A stretch of 37,849 nt of DNA from Candidatus Woesearchaeota archaeon (GCA_964493655.1 CAZBOY010000004.1:1-37849), one strand, 5' to 3'. Counted from the first letter of the stretch, positions 8,803-17,301 are shown. Notes: a model not told the origin generated them from the sequence alone. A program made the numbers and translations.

Positions 8803-9444
8803 TTAAGCAATAATTAAACTACCGACGAGTAAAAGGCCGGTGATTATAAGGAGTGTTGTCCAAAGAATTTTGCTTCCTGCTAGAATTTTATAGCCGTCTA
8901 ATCCGGATAAGGGAATTATTGACCAGAAAGCATAATAAATGTTTAATTGTGCGAATGTTTGAAATCCAATTATGTAGGAGATTACTGCTACAATTAAATT
9001 TATTGCGATTCCTGTTGTTGCGATTACTGCTACATGGTATTCAACTAATTGACTGAATCTGTAGAGGCCGTGTCTTTTTGAAACTCTTTCTGTTTTTGGT
9101 TGAATGTCAAATTCTAAAATTGCTAGCCACTGCCATGCTCCTTGAGAAATAAGAGAAACTAAAGGTGGAAGCCAGAGCATTGGCATTGGTTTTTTAAAAT
9201 GTGCATATTCTGTAAACCAGAATTGAGACCATTTCCAGAATCTTATTTTTAAATCTGTTTCATAGTAGTAGGCCATTATTTTTTTTGCAATTGTATTAAG
9301 AGAAATTAAAATAAAAAACGAGGTTATCAGGGGGAAGATTAGGGGTTTGCTTAGATAGGAAAAACTAAGTCCGAGAATAACTGCAGCTACAATAATTATG
9401 AGAATTTCTTTCCATTGTTCTTTGAAAATACTGTCTAAACTCAT
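8803..9444 (-). CDS. M50 (site-2 protease)-like membrane protein lacking the HExxH motif
   Basis: Polytopic membrane protein. The C-terminal IIPLSGLDGYKIL matches the M50 NxxPxxxLDG motif. The expected HExxH position reads LNTIAKK. Confidence 0.4.
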   Translation of the reverse strand: MSLDSIFKEQWKEILIIIVAAVILGLSFSYLSKPLIFPLITSFFILISLNTIAKKIMAYYYETDLKIRFWKWSQFWFTEYAHFKKPMPMLWLPPLVSLISQGAWQWLAILEFDIQPKTERVSKRHGLYRFSQLVEYHVAVIATTGIAINLIVAVISYIIGFQTFAQLNIYYAFWSIIPLSGLDGYKILAGSKILWTTLLIITGLLLVGSLIIA

Positions 9445-9531
9445 GGGCTTTCTATGCTTGGGGTTTTTATAAACTGTTTGTTTTGACTATCCTACTATAG
9501 AAATATATTTAAATGGGGATTTTATTAGTTC

Positions 9532-9822
9532 ATGATGTTAAAGATAAGAAAATTGAGTGAAACTCTTGGAAAACGGGTTTATACTGATGCTGGGGATTTA
9601 TTTGGTGTCTTAGAAGAAGTTAATCTTCTTAATAATAAAATTGATGGATGGAGGATTGTGGTTTCTCGTGAGTCAGGGATGTTGCCCTTGCTTGGCGGGG
9701 CGCGGGGGATTATTGTTCCTCATCGGTTTATTAAGGCAATGGGAGATATTGTTCTGATTAATAAGAATGCGATTCCTTCTCCTCCTGAAGATGAAGAATT
9801 GGATTTGAATGGGGATATGTGA
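9532..9822 (+). CDS. PRC-barrel domain protein
   Basis: The pattern LGKRVYTDAGDLFGVLEEVNLLNNKIDGWRIVV is typical of a PRC barrel. TATA-like box at 9501-9514. Confidence 0.7.
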   Translation: MMLKIRKLSETLGKRVYTDAGDLFGVLEEVNLLNNKIDGWRIVVSRESGMLPLLGGARGIIVPHRFIKAMGDIVLINKNAIPSPPEDEELDLNGDM

Positions 9823-9833
9823 TTGTGTTTTAA

Positions 9834-10064
9834 ATGGAAGAAGATAATAGGGGTTTTATTAGTTATGAAGTGCCTTATAATCCTGAACTTATGTTAAATT
9901 CTATAGTATCTTCTGGGATGACAATTGGGCCTGCAGGGATTATTCGTGATGAGAAGAAAAACCATCAAGGAACTTATAATGATGAAGAATTTACTTTAGA
10001 GGTTCTTAAAAAAGGTTCGCTTCTTGATTGTCTTGCTAAAGAATTGCATCTTATAAGAATATAA
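9834..10064 (+). CDS. Hypothetical protein
   Basis: 76-aa ORF with no motifs recognised. Confidence 0.35.
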   Translation: MEEDNRGFISYEVPYNPELMLNSIVSSGMTIGPAGIIRDEKKNHQGTYNDEEFTLEVLKKGSLLDCLAKELHLIRI

Positions 10065-10169
10065 CTATGAATTTTAATGTAGGATTTTCTAAAAATTAAT
10101 AATAAAAATGTAAGGGGGAAGGTTTGATTTTGATTTTTGAGATGTTTTGGTTTGGAGATATTTTCAGCT

Positions 10170-10186
10170 TCGATGGCGGCGGGGAA
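10170..10186 (+). repeat. 17-nt GC-rich direct repeat TCGATGGCGGCGGGGAA, copy 1
   Basis: Exact copies occur at 12975-12991 and 13666-13682. Confidence 0.9.
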
Positions 10187-10193
10187 CTAAAAC

Positions 10194-10208
10194 CGAAAGA
10201 TTTAATAA
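10194..10208 (+). promoter_or_regulatory. BRE/TATA-like promoter (CGAAAG ATTTAATAA) for the RelE-type TA pair
   Basis: Centred 26 nt upstream of the ATG at 10230. The same ACCGAAAG + TATA arrangement follows repeat copy 2. Confidence 0.5.
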
Positions 10209-10229
10209 TTTCCTTTTTATCTAATTAAT

Positions 10230-10403
10230 ATGGAACAGATGAATGAGTTAAAAAGAAGATTAGATAATTTAACTATAGAGATAACTGTTCTGAAAGATAG
10301 ATTTGAAGATCATTTTTTGACAGAAGAAGAAAAAGGAATGATTGATGAGGCTATTCAGGAGAAAGAAGATGGGCTGTTGATTGATTCTTCGGAAGTTTTC
10401 TAA
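10230..10403 (+). CDS. Putative antitoxin (57 aa, not in the supplied ORF track)
   Basis: Read manually: MEQMNELKRRLDNLTIEITVLKDRFEDHFLTEEEKGMIDEAIQEKEDGLLIDSSEVF. The stop lies 1 nt before the toxin ATG. Confidence 0.6.
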   Translation: MEQMNELKRRLDNLTIEITVLKDRFEDHFLTEEEKGMIDEAIQEKEDGLLIDSSEVF

Positions 10404-10404
10404 A

Positions 10405-10665
10405 ATGTTTTCTTTAAAATTTTCAAACAATGCGGCTAAGTTTATTAAAAAATTGGAGCAAAAATTCAAAGACAGAATTGAAAAGAAAACTAATGAATTG
10501 CAGAAGGTTCCTTTTCCAAGAGATAGTGTTAGGGTTGAAAAATATAAGGATTACAAAGTTTTTAGAGTTCGGGTTGGTCAATTTAGGATTTTGTATAGTG
10601 TTGATTTTAATGAAAAATTAATTATCATAATTGATGTTGGGAAGAGAAGTAATATTTATGATTGA
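10405..10665 (+). CDS. relE: RelE/ParE-superfamily type II toxin
   Basis: 86 aa. The C-terminal FRVRVGQFRILYSVDFNEKLIIIIDVGKRSNIY is typical of RelE-type mRNA interferases. It is tightly coupled to the upstream small ORF. Confidence 0.75.
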   Translation: MFSLKFSNNAAKFIKKLEQKFKDRIEKKTNELQKVPFPRDSVRVEKYKDYKVFRVRVGQFRILYSVDFNEKLIIIIDVGKRSNIYD

Positions 10666-10694
10666 TGCTTGGTGTGGGAAATAAAACAACGAGT

Positions 10695-10822
10695 TGAAAT
10701 AGGCGACTTTGTCGCGCATTATTTATTTTGCCTTCGGCATTTATAATCGCCACAGGGGTTTTGTTTGAGTGGTTTTGGTGTAATTATTTTTGTTTGGGGG
10801 GGCGGTGAAAATTGTGTGAGAG
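10695..10822 (+). repeat. Repeat family B, copy B1 (GC-rich hairpin cluster plus G/T-rich tail)
   Basis: Hairpins GCGAC-TTT-GTCGC (10703-10715) and TGCC-TTCG-GCA (10729-10739), then GGGGTTTTGTTTGAGTGGTTTTGG...GGGGGGGCGGTGAAAATTGTGTGAGAG. Confidence 0.7.
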
Positions 10823-10847
10823 AATATAACCCAAAAAGTGAGTAAAA

Positions 10848-11228
10848 TTATCTATTAAAACGAACTTCATATTCATAAAGATTATCTGTTGTTAATACCC
10901 ATTTAACATTTGTAAGACGTTCTCCACCTAGAGTATATGTTCGGAAACCATTACCCCCTAAATTTACAATAACAAAACCTTGGTAATTTATCCAACCCCT
11001 TTCTCCGTTAGGAAGATTAACTATTTGTAGTTGATTACCTGTTGTGCTTCCTTCGCGATCATAAGGATTAACATTTCTGCTAATTCCTTCTCTCGCAGCA
11101 TGAATTAAAAGTCCGTCTGCAACAGAACGTCCGTAAGGGGTCGGACGACACCCAATTTGTAAGATTGATGCTACGGTAAATAAACTGATGTTTGCTATTT
11201 TCCCGAGCTTGTTTATTAAACTTTTCAT
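10848..11228 (-). CDS. Putative lipoprotein, HAAREG-motif family
   Basis: Signal peptide with lipobox-like LQIGC. It shares the HAAREG motif with the 13868-14341 protein. TATA-like box 26 nt upstream of the ATG at 11228. Confidence 0.55.
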   Translation of the reverse strand: MKSLINKLGKIANISLFTVASILQIGCRPTPYGRSVADGLLIHAAREGISRNVNPYDREGSTTGNQLQIVNLPNGERGWINYQGFVIVNLGGNGFRTYTLGGERLTNVKWVLTTDNLYEYEVRFNR

Positions 11229-11343
11229 TGTATTCAATGAAAACACAGATTTATAAAATTTTCTATTATAAAAACAACAAATCAAAATTATTCCAATCAT
11301 CTCTAAAGAATAGTTTTATAAATTCTATTATATTCTTTACTCC

Positions 11344-11886
11344 ATGTTCAAAAGAGTTGTTAAACGGAGTTTAGTATTTTTGCAGATAAGTATTTTAACC
11401 ATTGGTATACTTGCTTTTTCTTTTATAATTAATTCTACTTTTGTTCAATCAGCAAATGGTAAAGCTCCTTCAACTCTTGATGCAAGTGGGAATCCTTCAT
11501 TGCAGGGAGATATGAGTTCTGGGGATATTCAAAGTGTGGGGGATTTATTTGAAGCTGCTTCAGGATCTTCTGGAACCGATGTTAGTTCAGGGGGTGTATT
11601 ATTGAATATATTAACGGGAGGTTATGGTTTAAGTGGTCTAAGTGGGCTTCCAACTTTAACTAGTGGAGAAAATGCGGGAAATATTTTGGGTAGTAATTCT
11701 GCTAAGGCAGGAATTTCGGAGCTCTCAAAAGATTCTCGTTTTTCAAAATCAGCAACTAACCCTACTGGACCCTTATGGACTCCAAAAGGGGAAAGTGCTT
11801 TGGCAAATAATCTTGTTGTTGGTGCACAATGGGCTATTGCTGCAGGGGCGGGGATTATGGCTGGGAAAATAACCCCTACAAATTGA
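11344..11886 (+). CDS. Short paralog of the N-terminal region of the 783-aa surface protein
   Basis: N-terminal anchor ISILTIGILAFSFIINS versus ISLLIISIFAFGFIFNT. The C-terminal GAQWAIAAGAGIMAGK matches GATWAVA...AAGAGIMAGK in the 14373 protein. The 19-nt string GGGATTATGGCTGGGAAAA is identical in both genes. Confidence 0.55.
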   Translation: MFKRVVKRSLVFLQISILTIGILAFSFIINSTFVQSANGKAPSTLDASGNPSLQGDMSSGDIQSVGDLFEAASGSSGTDVSSGGVLLNILTGGYGLSGLSGLPTLTSGENAGNILGSNSAKAGISELSKDSRFSKSATNPTGPLWTPKGESALANNLVVGAQWAIAAGAGIMAGKITPTN

Positions 11887-11937
11887 TTATTAAAAGTAAG
11901 GGGAAAAGCTTAAAAATACCTTTTTCTTTAATTTTTG

Positions 11938-12948
11938 ATGGTGTACATACATGTAAAAAGAATTGGGGATAAGAACTATTATACCTTAAGAATCTCGGTT
12001 AGAGAGGGTAATAAAGTTATAACAAAAGATTTGTGCAATCTTGGATCAGACATAACAAAAATAAATATAGACAATCTTGAAAATAAATATAAAAAAGAGA
12101 TTAGAAAATCCTATAAAACCATTAAAAAATTTTTAGATTCAAATTATTACCTTGAAAAAATTAAAAAATTAAAACTTAAGAGTGATGTTTATTTCAAAAA
12201 AGAACAACTCGAAAATATCGAGGCTATTCAGTTGCATTTTAATTCAAAATTTAAGAAATTAAATAAACTAACTCAAGAAGAAGCTTTTGAAAACTTTTTA
12301 ATAAATTTTGCAGTTAATAGCACCTCAATTGAAGGGAACACTATTACATTTAAGGAAGCTGAGCGACTTTTAAAAGAAGAGATTATACCTAAAAATAGGA
12401 CCTTAAGAGAGGTTTATGATTTGACAAACACAAAAAAAGTTTGGACATTTCTTCAGAAAGAAAAACCAAAAATTAATTTGAATTTAATTGAAGGAATTCA
12501 CGATAGATTATTAGAAAATATTGATAACAGAAAAGGGTTTAGAAATCATGATATAAAAATATTGGGCCAGCCATTCAAACCATCTCCTGCAAGATATGTT
12601 AGGGATGACTTGAAAATTTTATTAAATTGGTATCAAAAAAATAAGAAAAATTTCCACCCCCTTGCATTGATTGCTTTTTTTCATCATAAGTTTGAAAATA
12701 TCCATCCATTTTCAGATGGTAATGGCCGGACAGGAAGAATATTAATAAATTATATTCTTATCTCACTGAACTATCCCCCTTTGATTATTTCAAGAAGATT
12801 TAGAAAAGAATATTTAGATTCAATGAATCAGGCAGATAAGTCTCTAAATCAAAGTTTATTGAACACTGATTTAAAATCTTATGCAAAACTGTTGAATTTT
12901 ATTTATTCTCAATTTAAGTATTCTTATTGGGACTTATTTCTTTTTTGA
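11938..12948 (+). CDS. fic: Fic/DOC family protein (AMPylase-type) with an intramolecular inhibitory motif
   Basis: Fic core HPFSDGNGRTGR. An upstream STSIEG fits the (S/T)xxxE(G/N) inhibitory helix motif. TATA-like box about 24 nt upstream. Confidence 0.85.
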   Translation: MVYIHVKRIGDKNYYTLRISVREGNKVITKDLCNLGSDITKINIDNLENKYKKEIRKSYKTIKKFLDSNYYLEKIKKLKLKSDVYFKKEQLENIEAIQLHFNSKFKKLNKLTQEEAFENFLINFAVNSTSIEGNTITFKEAERLLKEEIIPKNRTLREVYDLTNTKKVWTFLQKEKPKINLNLIEGIHDRLLENIDNRKGFRNHDIKILGQPFKPSPARYVRDDLKILLNWYQKNKKNFHPLALIAFFHHKFENIHPFSDGNGRTGRILINYILISLNYPPLIISRRFRKEYLDSMNQADKSLNQSLLNTDLKSYAKLLNFIYSQFKYSYWDLFLF

Positions 12949-12974
12949 TTGTCTATTCTGATGCTCTATCTGCG

Positions 12975-12991
12975 TCGATGGCGGCGGGGAA
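12975..12991 (+). repeat. 17-nt GC-rich direct repeat, copy 2 (21-nt identity with copy 3)
   Basis: TGCGTCGATGGCGGCGGGGAA is shared with copy 3. It is followed by ACCGAAAGG and the TATA-like AATAAATAC, 25 nt upstream of the ATG at 13038. Confidence 0.9.
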
Positions 12992-13037
12992 AAGTTAAGA
13001 CCGAAAGGAATAAATACTAAATTTCTTTTTTTATTGT

Positions 13038-13319
13038 ATGGATGAAAACAAACTAAAGTCTAAGATTTTAAAGATACTTGTAAAGAATAATGTAGTTAGG
13101 GCTGGGCTTTTTGGTTCTTATGCTCGTGGCGAAGAGAATAAAAATAGTGATATTGATATTCTTATAGAATTTGAAGGAGATAAAAGTTTGCTTGATTTGG
13201 TTGGATTAAAAATTGCTTTAGAGGAAAGTTTGAAGAAGAAAGTCGATATCCTTACCTATAAGTCTCTGCACCATCTTCTTAAAAAAAGAATCTTAGAAGA
13301 AGAGGTAAAAATATTATGA
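13038..13319 (+). CDS. mntA: MNT-type nucleotidyltransferase antitoxin
   Basis: GLFGSYARGEENKNSDIDILIEF (the GS...DxD motif of the pol-beta NTase fold). It overlaps the downstream gene by 4 nt. Confidence 0.85.
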   Translation: MDENKLKSKILKILVKNNVVRAGLFGSYARGEENKNSDIDILIEFEGDKSLLDLVGLKIALEESLKKKVDILTYKSLHHLLKKRILEEEVKIL

Positions 13320-13654
13320 AAAAGGAAGATGATATCTATCTTAAACATGTTTTAGAATCTATTTCTGATATTGAAAAATCCCTTAAAAATATCTCTAAGG
13401 AAAACTTTTCTAAAAATAAAGATGTTCAAGATGCTATAATCAGGAGAATTGAAATAATTGGAGAAGCAATAAAAAATATTTCTGAGAAAACTAAAAAGAA
13501 GTATCCTGAAACTGAATGGAAGAAAATTGCAGGAACAAGAGATGTTTTAATTCATTCTTATTTTAGTGTTGATATTGATTTGGTTTGGGAAATTGTCCAA
13601 AGAGATTTACCTATACTAAAGAAGCAGATCAAGGATATATTAAACAAGATTTAA
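13316..13654 (+). CDS. hepT: HepT (DUF86) HEPN-type toxin
   Basis: Rx4HxY motif in RDVLIHSY. Size and pairing with the upstream MNT gene fit. Confidence 0.85.
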   Translation: MKKEDDIYLKHVLESISDIEKSLKNISKENFSKNKDVQDAIIRRIEIIGEAIKNISEKTKKKYPETEWKKIAGTRDVLIHSYFSVDIDLVWEIVQRDLPILKKQIKDILNKI

Positions 13655-13665
13655 TTTTGAGTGCG

Positions 13666-13682
13666 TCGATGGCGGCGGGGAA
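13666..13682 (+). repeat. 17-nt GC-rich direct repeat, copy 3
   Basis: Exact TCGATGGCGGCGGGGAA, 12 nt after the hepT stop and immediately upstream of element B2. Confidence 0.9.
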
Positions 13683-13689
13683 TTAAACT

Positions 13690-13800
13690 TAACAACAAAC
13701 TGAAGTCGGCAACTTTGTCGCTTGTTATAGGACGCGCCTGGCGGCGCTAAGTCGCCTTCGGCGATTTGTGAGTGTTGCAGGGTTTTGTTGTTGTGGGGTT
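13690..13800 (+). repeat. Repeat family B, copy B2
   Basis: The outer arms AACAACAAA / TTTGTTGTT enclose three hairpins: GGCAAC-TTT-GTCGC (13708-13721), GCGCC-TGGC-GGCGC (13734-13747) and TCGCC-TTCG-GCGA (13752-13764). A G/T-rich tail follows. Confidence 0.7.
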
Positions 13801-13867
13801 TTTAGTGATTTGTAACTATTTTTAGGTAATCGCAAACTTTAAAAAACATGTTTGTTGTATGTGGGTT

Positions 13868-14341
13868 ATGAGAAAAACACTAACAAAAATAATTGGCGGG
13901 ATTTCCCTTGTAGCTTCGTCTTTTTTGCCTCTTGGTTGCATCCCATCAGAAGACCAGGGTGTGAATGATGCCCGGCTTCTTGGTTTTGGCCTTGCTGGGA
14001 TTGCAGCGACAACAAATAATCCAGACACAGCGAGGGCGGCGGCTTTGGGTGCTGATCTTGCGAATAGGCGAGGTGATGATCTCGCGAGTTATCATGCGGC
14101 TCGGGAGGGGAGGAGTACTGTTACTGTGAATGTTAATAGTCAAAATAATGATTCAAAACCTAATGTTACTGGTCCGATAATTGTAGTAGATGGAGAAAAA
14201 CTTCATTATGTTGATGAAAATGGAAAATGGTATTATGCAGATAGAAATGAGGATAAAGGAACTTTTTTTTATGTTGATCCTTCAAAAGGTTTTATGTCAG
14301 TTCCATCCCCAAATAAAGGCTTTATTTCTATGAATAGATAA
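13868..14341 (+). CDS. Putative lipoprotein, HAAREG-motif family
   Basis: Signal peptide with lipobox-like LPLGC. It has the motif YHAAREG. TATA-like box 25 nt upstream of the ATG at 13868; an alternative ATG is at 13859. Confidence 0.55.
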   Translation: MRKTLTKIIGGISLVASSFLPLGCIPSEDQGVNDARLLGFGLAGIAATTNNPDTARAAALGADLANRRGDDLASYHAAREGRSTVTVNVNSQNNDSKPNVTGPIIVVDGEKLHYVDENGKWYYADRNEDKGTFFYVDPSKGFMSVPSPNKGFISMNR

Positions 14342-14372
14342 TATTTATAAACATCTTTACTCTTAGTTATTT

Positions 14373-16724
14373 ATGTTACAAAAACGAGGGATAATTTCAC
14401 TCTTTGAGATTAGTTTATTAATAATCTCTATTTTTGCATTCGGTTTTATATTTAATACAAACTTAGTTGAAGCTGGTACTGGGAAATGGATTATTGAAAA
14501 AACAGGAGAAGGGGGTTATAATGCACGGGGATTAGGTGTTGGAGAAAACCCCCTTGGCCAAGAAGTATTTAGTAGTAAAGAAGCAGCAGATAATAAAATA
14601 TTTTCTTTTTGGAAAGGAAATAAAGTTTCATCAACAGCGACACCCACTCCAGCAAGTATTGCAGCTGCAACTAAAAGCACAACCAACACTTTTAAAGTTA
14701 TCAAAGATTTGGTAATTACTCCTCAAGGGGGAAATGCTATTTCATTAGCAAAAAATTCTAAGTTTACTTTAGATGGAAACATTTTAACTTATGGTGGAAA
14801 GACATATACAATAGATAATAGTGAAATAAATAAATTAGTCAACACCGGACTTATTGAAAAGCAAGCTGTTGCAGGTTCTCAAGTCTCAACCCTCTTCGGA
14901 AAAATGAATTGGGGATGGGGGCATATTATTCAGGGGGCGACTTGGGCTGTTGCTGTTGTTGGAGCTATTCAGCTTCTTGGTCCGATTATGGGATTAAAGC
15001 AAGAAACAACAAATACTCTTTCTATTGCAGCAGGGGCAGGGATTATGGCTGGGAAAACAGCATGGACTCTTTGGGGAAAACAGGGAGTTTGGCCTGGAAA
15101 AATCGGTGGGGGGTTGGTTGGTGGTAAAGGACAATTTCCAATTGGCGCTACAGGAATCGGCATCGGAACAGCTGTTCTAGTTTTCATCCTCTTGTACAAA
15201 GAAACAGAATATCGTATTGTAACATTTAATTGCAGGCCTTGGCAAGCTCCGGTTTCGGGAGATGATTGTGAAAAATGCAACAGCGAGATACTTCCTTGTT
15301 CTGAATATAGATGTAAGGCACTTGGGCAGAGCTGTGAGCTTGTTAATCCTGGAACAGAAGAGGAAAGATGTATTAATGCTTATCGCGGGGATACTGAACC
15401 ACCTGTGCTGACTCCTGATGAAAATGTGCTGACTGTTGGGCATTCTTATAAAAATGTTAAGAAACTTCCACCAGGTCCTGGATTTACAATTGCTCGTGAT
15501 GATTCTGCTGATGGATGTATTAAAGCATTTACACCTCTTAGTTTTGGATTTACATCGCTAGAGCCTGCCCAGTGTAAAATAGACCGTGAGAGTACAGACC
15601 AGGTTGGAAAAGATGCATTTGATGCAATGTCTTACTGGGTTGGTGGGAGTAATTTGTATAAGTACAATCACACAGAAGTTTTCTCTTTACCTGGACCTGC
15701 GAATCTTGCTGGTGAAAATTTAACAATTACCAATGACGGTCAATGGACATTTTTCGTTCGTTGTCGGGACTTTAATGGAAATGAAAATGAGGCAGAATAT
15801 GCAATTAGGTTTTGTGTTGACCCGTCACCAGATACTACCCCCCCTGTTGTAATGGCAACTTCAATGGAGAATAATGGTTATGTTCCGGCAGATACTGATA
15901 AGGCAAATGTTGATTTTTATATAAATGAACCTTCAACTTGTAAGTGGAGTTTTGAAGACCAGAGTTATGTATCAATGGAAAACACAATGGTTTGTGCAGG
16001 GCAAGTTTATGAAATGAATTCCATGTTGCTTTATACTTGTAAAACCGAGCTCACTGGAATTTCGCGAGATGGAAGTGATTATTTCATAAGATGTAAAGAC
16101 CAGCCAGGCAAACCTGAAAATGACAGAATGGTAATGCAAAATAGTTTTAAATTTTCATTAACAGGAACTACACAATTAATAATTAGAAATCTTCAACCAA
16201 ATGAAACAATCTACGGCTCGACAGACCCTGCAAAAATAGAGTTGAGTGTTGAAACTTTGTTTGGTGCTGAAAATGGAAAGTCGATTTGCTTTTATTCTAC
16301 AACTGATAATGACGGGGATTATATAAAATTCTTTGATACCGGGGATGTTGTGCATAAGCAGAGACAAGACCTGACAACAGGAGATTATGTTTATTATTAC
16401 AAGTGTGTTGATGCAGGCGGGAATGTTGCAAAGGACTCAACTTCATTTAGTGTTGTTGTCGACACTTCTGCACCTGTTGTTGCGCGTGTTTATGAAGAGG
16501 CAGGGAAGTTGAAACTTGTAACTGTGAAAAATTCTGAGTGTGCATATACTTTTGATAATTGTGATTTTACTTTTGAAGAAGGAACTAATATGCCGACAGC
16601 AGGAACAAAGATGCATATTGCTGATTGGAAACAAGACAAAACTTATTATATAAAATGCAGAGATGAATTCAAAAATGAAGAAGCTGATTGTGCTATTGTT
16701 GTGAGGCCTAGTCGGAAGTTGTGA
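14373..16724 (+). CDS. Large membrane-anchored cysteine-rich surface protein with four tandem ~100-aa repeats
   Basis: N-terminal anchor and about three further hydrophobic/Gly-rich helices (aa ~185-275). A Cys-knot-like segment follows (CRPWQ...CEKCNSEILPCSEYRCKALGQSCE). There are four repeats ending FFVRCRDFNGNEN, YFIRCKDQPGKPEN, YYYKCVDAGGNVA and YYIKCRDEFKNEE. Confidence 0.7.
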   Translation: MLQKRGIISLFEISLLIISIFAFGFIFNTNLVEAGTGKWIIEKTGEGGYNARGLGVGENPLGQEVFSSKEAADNKIFSFWKGNKVSSTATPTPASIAAATKSTTNTFKVIKDLVITPQGGNAISLAKNSKFTLDGNILTYGGKTYTIDNSEINKLVNTGLIEKQAVAGSQVSTLFGKMNWGWGHIIQGATWAVAVVGAIQLLGPIMGLKQETTNTLSIAAGAGIMAGKTAWTLWGKQGVWPGKIGGGLVGGKGQFPIGATGIGIGTAVLVFILLYKETEYRIVTFNCRPWQAPVSGDDCEKCNSEILPCSEYRCKALGQSCELVNPGTEEERCINAYRGDTEPPVLTPDENVLTVGHSYKNVKKLPPGPGFTIARDDSADGCIKAFTPLSFGFTSLEPAQCKIDRESTDQVGKDAFDAMSYWVGGSNLYKYNHTEVFSLPGPANLAGENLTITNDGQWTFFVRCRDFNGNENEAEYAIRFCVDPSPDTTPPVVMATSMENNGYVPADTDKANVDFYINEPSTCKWSFEDQSYVSMENTMVCAGQVYEMNSMLLYTCKTELTGISRDGSDYFIRCKDQPGKPENDRMVMQNSFKFSLTGTTQLIIRNLQPNETIYGSTDPAKIELSVETLFGAENGKSICFYSTTDNDGDYIKFFDTGDVVHKQRQDLTTGDYVYYYKCVDAGGNVAKDSTSFSVVVDTSAPVVARVYEEAGKLKLVTVKNSECAYTFDNCDFTFEEGTNMPTAGTKMHIADWKQDKTYYIKCRDEFKNEEADCAIVVRPSRKL

Positions 16725-16770
16725 GAATAAAATTAATTTTTAGTAATCATAAAATTGTTTGTAGAGTTAG

Positions 16771-16930
16771 AGCAGGGGTTTTATCTTGGCAACTCTTGAA
16801 GAAAATCTTTCAGGTTTATTTTATGATTGGGAAGATTTTCCGCAAAGGTTTTGAAGAGCAGTAGATACGAATCTTTTATAAAAATGTTTAGAGATTAACA
16901 AATTTAAAATTCATTTTGACTTTTTCAATA
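16771..16930 (+). repeat. Repeat family A, copy b
   Basis: ATCTTGGCAACTCTTGAA, hairpin GAAAATCTTTC (16801-16811) / GGAAGATTTTC (16830-16840), TTTTGAAGAGCAGTA, and the ATTTTGACTTTTTCAA tail shared with copy a. Confidence 0.75.
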
Positions 16931-16979
16931 GATTTCTAATAACAACAAACTTTAAATATCTTGTTTTCTATTTAAGAAA

Positions 16980-17135
16980 ATGAATAAAAATGCAGGTGTG
17001 TTGTGGTTGAGGATTTTGGGGGCTGGGTGTGGGAGCACGGGATTTGTATTGTTAGCGGTTGGTGGGCAAATAAATAATGTTATTGGTGCAGGGTTGGTAG
17101 GTATTGGAACTGTGCTGATTGCGTCAGGAGCTTAA
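16980..17135 (+). CDS. Small Gly-rich 2-TM membrane protein (51 aa, not in the ORF track)
   Basis: Read manually: MNKNAGVLWLRILGAGCGSTGFVLLAVGGQINNVIGAGLVGIGTVLIASGA. The TATA-like CTTTAAATATC is centred 25 nt upstream. Confidence 0.45.
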   Translation: MNKNAGVLWLRILGAGCGSTGFVLLAVGGQINNVIGAGLVGIGTVLIASGA

Positions 17136-17136
17136 G

Positions 17137-17301
17137 ATGATTAGTGAAAATATAATGCAGGTGATAAATATAATTGTTTTAATAGTTATGTTTGGGAGTT
17201 TGTCTTATGTGGTCTATAAAAGGAAGTTTGATGTATCTATTGGAATTGGATTAATAATTGTGGTTTACATAATATTTAAATATGTGCTGAATATATTTTA
17301 A
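17137..17301 (+). CDS. Small 2-TM membrane protein
   Basis: The ATG is 1 nt after the previous stop. The sequence is hydrophobic (MISENIMQVINIIVLIVMFGSLSYVVYKRKF...). The stop is 1 nt before the next ATG. Confidence 0.45.
   Translation: MISENIMQVINIIVLIVMFGSLSYVVYKRKFDVSIGIGLIIVVYIIFKYVLNIF

Noticed and set aside
10140-10200. The GC-rich 17-mer as a tRNA fragment or att site derived from a tRNA 3' end.
   Set aside because: The flanks cannot be folded into a T-arm and acceptor stem. No tRNA gene is recognisable anywhere in the window.
10170-13800. A classical integron with attC-flanked cassettes.
   Set aside because: There is no IntI-type tyrosine recombinase or attI in the window. The hairpin elements are clusters of short stem-loops, not a single long imperfect palindrome with RYYYAAC/GTTRRRY cores. 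Only one weak ACTTAAC match was seen. It is kept as a cassette-like observation only.
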